Positions 1-7,435 of a DNA stretch of 7,528 nt are shown here, piece after piece. A model generated the notes under the pieces. It did not search any database, was not told the DNA's origin, and saw nothing but the letters and a program-made list of their open reading frames with translations. The position numbers were made by a program, and so were the translations under genes. Each line of letters begins with the position of its first letter. The first letter of the stretch is position 1. The stretch is from NCBI RefSeq assembly GCF_006345805.1, contig NW_021828852.1:1-7528 (forward strand), in the 5' to 3' direction. Source of the DNA: Octopus sinensis. Its lineage: Eukaryota.

Positions 1-404
1 ATTGGAGCACAAAACAGCTTCTCATAAACGCATGGATTTATGCTGGACTCTTACTTGTTTGGCACATTGCTTGATCAGAAACAGTGAACAGCTATAAACG
101 CTACAAATACCAATGAACACTTATTGACTCACACAAACACATCCTTACGTATATATATGTATATATATACAATAAATTCAGGATGAATAATTGATAAGTG
201 TAAGCACCTGTATATATATTGATTGAGAAAACGTTATGGACGGATTTTGGAGTCCAATAATACCCTGTACACCTATTTGATTATGAAGATTCACAAACAT
301 TCTTTCCCAGTGATACTCGGTTTACCTACCATTATAAATAATACCAAATGTTCTTTCTCAAACCTTTCATAATGTGATACAAGTCTTTGGTGTAGCAATT
401 GCAT

Positions 405-497
405 GCGGCTGAAGAAGGCTTTTGAACTATCTGTTATGTTGATTATGCATTGATGTAAGAATAAGTTGTTTTATAAAGCTCGAAACATGTGTACCGC
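405..497 (+). ncRNA. Type I hammerhead ribozyme motif (HHR-1), PLE/retrozyme-like
   Basis: Stem I GCGG(405-408)/CCGC(494-497). Core CTGAAGA(409-415). Stem II GGCTTT(417-422)/AAAGCT(475-480) with an A416.C481 mismatch at 10.1/11.1 and a ~52-nt extended loop. GAAA(482-485). Self-complementary stem III ACATGTGT(485-492). Cleavage triplet GTA(491-493). Confidence 0.8.
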
Positions 498-567
498 GAC
501 ATCCTTTGCGTCCTGTTTTTCCTATTTTTTCTTTTGATACACATATATATATATACAGATTTGCATG

Positions 568-571
568 TCTG

Positions 572-631
<60 letters not shown>

Positions 632-705
632 CCTACCTATCTTCTATCTATCTATCTATCTATCTATCATCTATCTATCTATCTATCTACCTATCCATCT
701 ATCTA

Positions 706-746
<41 letters not shown>

Positions 747-771
747 CATCTATCTATCTATCTATCTATCA

Positions 772-820
<49 letters not shown>

Positions 821-821
821 A

Positions 822-860
<39 letters not shown>
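568..860 (+). repeat. (TCTA)n tetranucleotide microsatellite with CCTA/TCA/TCCA/TCAA interruptions
   Basis: About 290 bp of TCTA units, read directly. It explains the spurious 'YLSI' ORFs. Confidence 0.99.
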
Positions 861-975
861 GGTGCAGTAACAATTCTGCTGGTTTAACCCCTTATTTTCT
901 AACATAATTAACTTTAATTAACATAAATTAACATAAATTAATATGTGGTGCTATGCAAAGGTGTCCATGCAATTC

Positions 976-1157
976 TACATAAAACCACATTACACCCTGT
1001 AAAGTGGTTGGCATTTTGAAGGGCGTCCAGCCATAGAGACAATGCGAATCAGATTGGAGTCTGGTACAATTCCTCAGTTTGCCAGCTCTGGTCGCACTGT
1101 CCAACCCATGCCAGCATGGACAATGGATGTTAAATGATGATGATGATGATGATGATG
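976..1157 (+). mobile_element. 5'-truncated, diverged SINE 3' half ending in a (TGA)n tail
   Basis: TACACCCTGTAAAGTGGTTGGCATTTTGAAGGGCGTCCAGCC...GTCCAACCCATGCCAGCATGG...GTTAAATGATGATGAT aligns by eye with 7270-7439 in this window. There is no tRNA-like head. Confidence 0.85.
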
Positions 1158-1596
1158 TGATGAAAGTTCAAACTTCAAAATGAGATAAACAAGAATATAA
1201 TGGAGATGGTCAGGGGGCAGGTTGGCATCAAAAAGGCTAAAGTTAATGATAAAAAAAATGTTAAAAAGAAAAAAATGGCAAACCCTCAAAAAACTGATAC
1301 GTATATATTAATAAATTAAAAATTCCATCACACAAGTGTTTAATTAAATTTTTATTGTTTTAAACCTAAAGAGACATCAACTATAAAAATGTAGAAGTCA
1401 TCTTCTCGAAGGAAACTAAAAAACAACAACAGAAATTAAAGTTTAAACATGACATTCTTTTCTTCAGGATTTTATATGTATAAAATTTTTAATTTTCAGA
1501 TTTTTTGAAAAATATGCTAGGCCACAGGTTTTAATTGATTAATATCAATTTCTACCCTTATTTAATTTTATATATATGTGTATTTTTTTTTTTTTG

Positions 1597-1818
1597 TACT
1601 TGTTTCAGTCATTTCGACTGCGCTGCGGCCATGCTGGAGCACCGCCCTTTAGAGTGGTGAAAGAGTACAGCAGGGATCACCACCTCCTGCCGGAGCCTCG
1701 TGGAGCTTTTAGGTGTTTTTTTTTCGCTCAATAACACCACACACGCCCGGTCTGGGAATCGAAACCGCGATCCTCCGACGCAAGTCCGCTGCCCTAACCA
1801 CTAGGCCATTGCGCCTCC
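1597..1818 (-). mobile_element. tRNA-derived SINE with a 3' tail shared with the SINE at 2431-2817
   Basis: Minus strand starts GGAGGCGCAA. A box TGGCCTAGTGG (1808-1798); B-box-like GGTTTCGATTCCC (1766-1754). Ends TAAAGGGCGGTGCTCCAGCATGGCCGCAG..AAATGACTGAAACAAGTA, followed by an A-run (T-run at ~1582-1595 on +). Confidence 0.9.
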
Positions 1819-1904
1819 ATATATATATATATATATGATTTTTTTTGTGAAATGAGATACAAAAACCAAGGCTGTATAGATATTAGAGCATTTATAGATA
1901 GAAG

Positions 1905-1957
1905 GTCTTACAGCTTTTTCTAGAATATCAATTAATAATATTATCCTTCATCGGAGA
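1905..1957 (-). ncRNA. Degenerate minimal type I hammerhead ribozyme motif (HHR-2)
   Basis: Minus strand reads TCT-CCGATGA-AGGATA..TATTCT-A-GAAA-AAGCTGT-A-AGAC. Stem I TCT/AGA is 3 bp. The core has U4 changed to C. Stem II is 6 bp with an extra A before GAAA. Stem III AAAGCTGT is one substitution from the perfect palindrome ACAGCTGT. GTA triplet at 1911-1909. Confidence 0.6.
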
Positions 1958-2159
1958 GGGTATGAAAGGAAAAATTTAGTCATAGTTAGTTTCGATGTGA
2001 TATAAAAATAGAGAGTGAGGTGGAGGAAAGAAAAATAGATGTAAGATATAGTTAATTTCGATGAGATATATGTATATATCTATAAAATAATTAATTTACT
2101 CTGCTATGTATTGAGTACCTTATTTACTGTGGTTAACCCCGACCTCAACCCGGACCTAC

Positions 2160-2430
<271 letters not shown>

Positions 2431-2817
2431 AGGCGGCAGGAAATGACTGTGTGGTAAGTAGCTTGCTTAGCAACCACATGTCCTGGGTTCATTCCCACTG
2501 CATGGCACCTTGGGCAAGTGTTTCCACTATAGCCTCGGGCCGACCAAGCCTTGTGAGTGGATGGGAGACGGAAACTGAAAGAAGCCCGTCGTGTATATAT
2601 ATATATGTTTGTGCGTGTATCTGCTGTCTCTTCAACATCGCTTGACAACTGATGCTGGCGTGTTTACGTCTCGGTAACTTAGCAGTTCGGCAAAAGAGAC
2701 CGATAGAATAAGTACTAGGCTTCCAAAGAATAAGTCCGGGGGTCGAGTTGCTCGACTAAAGGCGATGCTCCAGCATGGCCGCAGTCAAATGACTGAAACA
2801 AGTAAAAGAGTAAAAGG
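2431..2817 (+). mobile_element. Full-length tRNA-derived SINE (octopus-type) embedded in TA microsatellite
   Basis: A-box-like TGACTGTGTGG (2444-2454); B-box-like GGGTTCATTCCC (2485-2496); body with an internal TA/TG tract (~2591-2620); tail ...CAGCATGGCCGCAGTCAAATGACTGAAACAAGTAAAAGAGTAAAAG. Matches my recollection of an abundant octopus SINE; family name not assigned. Confidence 0.92.
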
Positions 2818-2818
2818 G

Positions 2819-2862
2819 TATATATATATGTATATATATATATATGTGTGTATATATATGTA

Positions 2863-2924
<62 letters not shown>

Positions 2925-2952
2925 CTATCTATCTATATATATATATATATAT
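2819..2952 (+). repeat. (TA)n-(TCTA)n-(TA)n microsatellite
   Basis: TCTA units at 2865-2935 flanked by TA tracts. Confidence 0.97.
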
Positions 2953-2991
2953 AAGCGAGAAAAAAGCGAGAAAAAGCACAAGAATGGATAG

Positions 2992-3083
2992 GTTTTTAGT
3001 ACAATCGTTTCATACAAGGACTCTTTATTAAAGTTGCAAAAATTGCAGCATATAAACGTGTCCCGTACTCATCAGCTAAATAC
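2992..3083 (-). ncRNA. Type I hammerhead ribozyme motif (HHR-3) with an intact catalytic core
   Basis: Minus strand: stem I TTTAG(3080-3076)/CTAAA(2999-2995). Core CTGATGA(3075-3069). Stem II GTACGGGAC(3068-3060)/GTCCTTGTAT(3021-3012), 9 bp with one bulge and a G.U closing pair, enclosing a 38-nt insert. GAAA(3011-3008). Self-complementary stem III ACGATTGT(3008-3001). GTA triplet; predicted cleavage between 3000 and 2999. Confidence 0.85.
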
Positions 3084-3232
3084 ATGTGAGTTCTCTAGAC
3101 ATCCTAGTGGTTGAGGCTATATACTCATGAAGTAATGTAGATAATTAAGTAACATAAACAGATTTCCAAAGTTCATTAAAGTTCTTTAAAGATGATGTAC
3201 AGTCTTATCACAGAATTTTAAAAAAGTTTTAA

Positions 3233-3523
3233 TAGCATCACAGAGAAGGTGACTTAATCCATAGTGTACATATGAATTCCAGAGATATGAGGAGGGATTA
3301 CATACTCACAGACGACAAATTTATCCATTGCTAATCACAACGAGGTGGTTTCAATTCCTGCTTATTAGCATTACAGAGAGGGTGAGTTAATCCTTTGTAA
3401 GATGATGCACAATTTCCAATGGTGTAGATGTAAATTTCCAGAGAAATGAAGAGGAATTTCATATTCACAGGCGATAAATTTATCAATGGTTGAACACAAT
3501 GAGGTGGGTATCAATTCTTGCTA
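3233..3523 (+). repeat. Two diverged tandem units (133 bp; second ~158 bp with a ~25-30 nt insert)
   Basis: TAGCATCACAGAGAAGGTGACTTAATCC (3233) versus TAGCATTACAGAGAGGGTGAGTTAATCC (3366). Similarity continues through TTCCAGAGA..CACAG..AAATTTATC..CACAA.GAGGTGG..TCAATTC.TGCT. Confidence 0.85.
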
Positions 3524-3619
3524 TATGATTAGGTATTTGCCACATTAATCACATTACTGCTATTTTCAAGAGACTGTAGCTATTTAACTTTTAAAGGCTG
3601 AAGGGCTTTCTGGAGAGGC

Positions 3620-3806
3620 AAAGAACAGAAAAAGGAAGGAAAGAGAAGGAAAGAGAGAAAATAAAGGGGGAGGGAGCAAAGGGGGGGGCTAGAAGAGAAG
3701 AGAAAAGGAAAAAGAAAAAAGAAAGAAAAAGAGAATAAGAAGAAGAAAAAAAAGAGAAAAGAGAAGAAATAGGGGAAGAAGGGAAAAAAGAAAAAGAAAA
3801 AAGAGG
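3620..3806 (+). repeat. Purine-rich low-complexity (A/G) tract
   Basis: Almost only A and G, e.g. GAAAAAGAAAAAAGAAAGAAAAAGAGAATAAGAAGAAG. Confidence 0.9.
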
Positions 3807-4550
3807 GTTCTAGTTATACAGAAGAATTAGTAGACGGCAAGTCTGGTTCAATTTACAGGCATCTAGGAACTAGAGGAGAATATTATTCTTTGACCAGTAA
3901 AACAGCTAATTTATTGCTGTCGAAAGCAGCTATGAATTTAAAGAGAATCTAAAGAATAACACGGTTAGGGGTTTAGGGGTTTAGTGGTCAAAGGCTAAAA
4001 TCAAAAGAAAATACATTAGGAAATCTAAGTATAATCTTATCAAAAAGTCATTAAATTATTTATTTATTTTATTCATTTTACTGTCTTAAGGAGTTGCCGT
4101 TATTATTCATACATTGACGGACTACAGGTCAAATCTTAGAAGATCATTTACAAGGTGTTAGGGAATTGTCTATCATAATGAAGATAATCATATTATCACC
4201 GAGGGAGTAGCCTTATTTATTTAATTTGAAATAGAATTATGGGGCTTTAGTAACTCATTTTATTTTATTAAAGTTATGCTACTTAAATTAGATTAAGTTA
4301 AGAATTAAAATTAAAATTAAAATTAAGATTTAAATTAAGATTTAAAAATTTAAATTATGAGTTTGAATTAAATAAAGCCTCAATTAAGCAGCGTATAAGT
4401 ACTATTCATTTCCCTGTTCTCAACAAACTGATGTAGATATAAGGAAAAAGATAACTGTAGTGTGAGAACTCTTAGTTATCTACTTAAAGCAGTGCTATAC
4501 TAGTAAAAATCAAGTATATCTATCTATCTATCTAGTTACGAATATTCTAA

Positions 4551-4745
4551 TCATTTAAAATATTTTAAAGTCTTCAATTTAGCGTGGACACAAACTTGAC
4601 CTAGTTCGATATGGTTATTCAATAAGTTTCTATGTTTTCTATGCTTTAGAATTTCATACGTCTCCATGGAGCATAGTTGGCAACCAACCCTGCTATTTTT
4701 ATACGGAATTGCTTTCCTAACTATTTCCCAATTAAGGTTGTAATT
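4551..4745 (-). mobile_element. C-terminal relic of a Penelope-like element GIY-YIG endonuclease
   Basis: Open frame to stop: NYNLNWEIVRKAIPYKNSRVGCQLCSMETYEILKHRKHRNLLNNHIELGQVCVHAKLKTLKYFK*. It fits the PLE endonuclease C-terminal pattern W-x-I...Y...CxLC..E...LLN.R.E....C.H..K..L. Upstream sequence is replaced by ATT/TA repeats. Confidence 0.8.
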
Positions 4746-4874
4746 ATTATTATTATTATTATACATATATATATATATATGTATGTATATATACACTCGC
4801 GTGTATGTGTACACGCACGTAGCTGTATATGCATGCACTAGCACTATGACCCGGCGTTGCGGGATCACAGTGCT

Positions 4875-5230
4875 CGTAGATTAATAATCCTCTAACATTC
4901 TTCTACCGCTGCCTGCAAGGTTAAATTTTGCTCCTCTTCTAATTTTGTTAATATCCGGGAATCTACATCTCCATCTTTGCGTGCAATAAACCCTTGAAAA
5001 AAAATTAAACTCGTGAACATGGCCGGAATGAACTCATTTAGTTTGAATTTGTCACACTCTCTGTTAACCAATCCAGCATAAGTGGCGAAATCTTCGTCAC
5101 ATTTTTTTACCAAATTTAAACATTGCCAGTGTCTGTTGTGTAGATGTACGTTGACAGATACATGCAAACGTACATCTACACCAACAGACACACAAACATA
5201 TATGGGACAGAAATTCTTCCACTGAAATTT
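4875..5230 (-). pseudogene. Ty3/Gypsy LTR-retrotransposon gag relic (copy 1)
   Basis: NRHWQCLNLVKKCDEDFATYAGLVNRECDKFKLNEFIPAMFTSLIFFQGFIARKDGDVDSRILTKLEEEQNLTLQAAVEEC*RIINL resembles Mag/K02A2.6-like Gypsy gag as I recall it. It carries an in-frame stop and a ~65-nt insertion at ~5138-5203. Confidence 0.8.
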
Positions 5231-5609
5231 AAGGTAAGGGAGTAAAAAGTTCATAGTATTCGCGTAAGTGCGTCTGTTCATACCTACACATGTGCGCCCG
5301 CACATACACATGCGTACGCCTACATTCATCCACCTTCAATAGAAAAACGTACACACCTTCACTCACGCATGTGTGTGTGGGTTTGTATGTATATGCATAT
5401 ACATTTGGCGAAGGATTCATAACTATTATTGCTCTTAGCAATATAAGTGACTCGTCACTAAAGATGTTACGTACCTCAACCAAGCAGCTCCTCGTAAGCC
5501 CCTTTTAAAACTTAGTATTTGACTTCACTTATATACATCATATACATACGTATACATAAATAAATCTGTGTGTGTATGCATATATATATGTATATGTATA
5601 ATTATTGAT

Positions 5610-5812
5610 GTTTGACTTAGGATGATAGGACGGAGAAGTGACATTTCGATGAACTAGTCTGATGTAATTTGAGTTCCATTATCAGTAACAATGGTATCCG
5701 ATATACCACACCTGGCGAACAATTCGTGTAAAAACTTATCGTAACCGCTGACGTCGCCTTTTTACATTTATGCACATCCGTCCACTTTGAAAATCTGTCC
5801 CCCCACAACAAT
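5610..5812 (-). pseudogene. Ty3/Gypsy integrase core (rve) relic
   Basis: Joining frames gives IVV-D-RFSKWTDVHKCKKATSAVTISF / LHELFARCGISDTIVTDNGTQITSD*F / TSPSYHPKSN. This matches the conserved integrase motifs DxFSKW, F..FG.P..IVTDNG.QF.S and T.PYHP.SNG. Several frameshifts and a stop. Confidence 0.88.
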
Positions 5813-6237
5813 TTGAACTCAGAACGTAGCGGCAGACGAAATACTCGTTTCTTTATTACCCAAAAGGGGCTACACATAGAGGGGACAAACAAGGACAGAC
5901 AAACGGATTAAGTCGATTATATCGACCCCAGTGCGAAACTGGTACTTATTTAATCGACTCCGAAAGAAAGGCAAAGTCGACCTCGGCGGAATTTGAACTC
6001 AGAACGTAGCGGCAGACGAAATACCTATTTCTTTATTACCCACAAGGGACAGAACACAGTGTAGGACAAACAAGGACAGACAAACGGATTAAGTCGATTA
6101 TATCGACCCCAGTGCGTAACTGGTACTTATTTAATCGACCCCGAAAGGATGAAAGGCAAAGTCGACCTCGGCGGAATTTGAATTCAGAACGTAGCAACAG
6201 ACGAAATACCGCTATGCATTTCGCCCGGCGTGCTAAC
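5810..6237 (-). mobile_element. Head-to-tail multimer of a tRNA-derived SINE (one near-full unit, one headless unit, one partial unit)
   Basis: ATTTGAA[C/T]TCAGAACGTAGC...GACGAAATAC recurs at 5811, 5991 and 6176 (periods 180 and 185). Minus-strand units are 6237-6025, 6024-5845 and 5844-5810. Each keeps a B-box-like GA[G/A]TTCAAATT. The first ~20 nt of the head (present at 7159-7179) are missing. Confidence 0.92.
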
Positions 6238-6238
6238 G

Positions 6239-6625
6239 TAGATTCAGTGTTCATATTTTTTTTCTTGCCCGACGCCAGTTGACACACTTGAATCTGAGAG
6301 CAATCTTTCTCTTCAATTTTATTTGCGTCACGTCATAAATTAATAATCCTCTGACATTCTTCTAGTACTGCCGGCAGGATTAAATTTGATCCTGATCAAG
6401 TTTTGCTAATATTTAGGATGGTATATCTCCATCATTTTTTGCAGTAAGCTCTTGAACAAAAATGAAAGACTTGAACATATCCGGAGTGATTTCATTCAAT
6501 TTCAATTTCCCACGCTCTCTGTTAACCACTCCAAATAGGTGACGAAATCTTCGTCGTCTTTTTTGACCAAATTTAAACATTGCAAGTGAGTATTGAACAG
6601 GGAACTTCTTCCACCGAAAATCTCT
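6239..6625 (-). pseudogene. Ty3/Gypsy gag relic (copy 2)
   Basis: EIFGGRSSLFNTHLQCLNLVKKDDEDFVTY/GVVNRERGKLKLNEITPDMFKSFIFVQELTAKNDGDIPS*ILAKLDQDQ/LILPAVLEECQRIINL*RDANKIEEKDCSQIQ. Clearly homologous to 4875-5230 (offset ~1458 bp). Frameshifts and stops present. Confidence 0.85.
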
Positions 6626-6738
6626 CTATATAAGACTCAACTTGTGTGTCTGTGTGTGTATCTGTGCGTGTGTCTGTGTGTTTCACTTTTGGATCTACCA
6701 AGTTTCATTATTAAGGATAAAAAGTAGTGTGTAGCAAA

Positions 6739-7080
6739 TCTATATATATAAAGCTGAAGTTGTCTGTGGCAGGTTTGGTATCCTTCAACTAACACTATCT
6801 CCTTCAAGACCCTGCAGCGCAAGTTGATAGAAGATAAAATTCAAATTGGACCATGTTAACACCAAAAATTATTTACATCAAAAAGGTGCTTTTTTTCTAT
6901 GAAAATCCCATAATTTTTACGATTTTTGACTGCTGTGTCACCATTTTTCGGTGTATTCCAACTGGAAAAATGTTCACTTGAAGAGAATAACAAGTTGCAT
7001 ATTGCAAAATTTTTACTTTTCAAAAATTTCAATTCTAAAGGGTCGAAACAAACCCAAGCAACACCGGGTGATACTGCTGG
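6739..7080 (+). mobile_element. Non-autonomous Helitron-like element (~342 bp)
   Basis: Begins TC (TCTATATATATAAAGCTG) after A6738 and ends CTGG (CTRR) before T7081, i.e. an A|T insertion with no TSD. Subterminal GC-rich hairpin-like CCCAAGCAACACCGGG (7053-7068) lies ~12 nt from the end. Confidence 0.75.
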
Positions 7081-7158
7081 TTTTTAATGAAATAGTAATT
7101 GTTTCTTCGAAATTAATCTTACCTGGCTTCTTCGATAGAATATAATTACTATATTTTA

Positions 7159-7435
7159 AGGCGGCGAGCTGGCAGAACTGTTAGCACGCCGGGCGAAATG
7201 CGTAGCCGTATTTCGTCTGCTGTTACGTTCTGAGTTCAAATTCCGCCGAGGTCGCCGGTGGCGCATAAAAGTACCCACTACACTCTCGGAGTGGTTGGCG
7301 TTAGGAAGGGCATCCAGCTGTAGAAACTCTGCCAGATCAGATTGGAGCCTGGTGCGGCCATCAGGTTCGCCAGACCTCATTCAAATCGTCCAACCCATGC
7401 TAGCATGGAAAGCAGACGTTAAACGATGATGAGGA

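Noticed and set aside
2-220. Weak GIY-YIG-like peptide hints upstream of HHR-1 (LEHKTA..., INSG*IIDKCKH)
   Set aside because: Needs several frameshifts and the similarity is too weak to support by eye. tBLASTn/HMMER against PLE endonucleases would decide.
489-907. ORFs of 98-133 aa with YLSI repeats
   Set aside because: Translation of the (TCTA)n microsatellite; no protein signal.
1074-1289. 71-aa minus-strand ORF with a poly-His run
   Set aside because: The poly-His is the reverse of the SINE (TGA)n tail; the rest is low-complexity.
1740-1818. tRNA-like sequences here and at 2431-2500 and 7159-7250
   Set aside because: They are SINE heads with A/B boxes followed by SINE bodies and lack a complete cloverleaf; not tRNA genes.
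3884-3936. Fourth hammerhead-like string on + (TTGACCAG..ACAGC/GCTGT-CGAAA-GCAGCT-A)
   Set aside because: The core has two substitutions at essential positions (C3 and G8), there is a 4-nt bulge before stem II, and stem I pairing is poor; compatible with chance.
3964-3984. Telomere-like GTTAGGGGTTTAGGGGTTTAG
   Set aside because: Only ~2.5 imperfect units and not canonical TTAGGG; too short to call an interstitial telomere or G-quadruplex.
4290-4350. Short AT-rich tandem repeats (TTAAAA/TTAAGA), similar at 900-945
   Set aside because: Ordinary slippage products in very AT-rich DNA.
5229-5508. ORFs 5229-5483 (-) and 5290-5508 (+)
   Set aside because: Largely CA/TG low-complexity sequence; no recognisable motif in the non-repetitive part (5420-5510).
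5811-6209. Three ~34-bp direct repeats at ~180-bp spacing, superficially CRISPR-like
   Set aside because: The spacers are homologous to each other and form SINE bodies; eukaryotic context with no cas genes.
6951-7380. ORFs 6951-7145 (+) and 7156-7380 (-)
   Set aside because: They fall within the Helitron-like element and the chimeric SINE; no protein-family signal.
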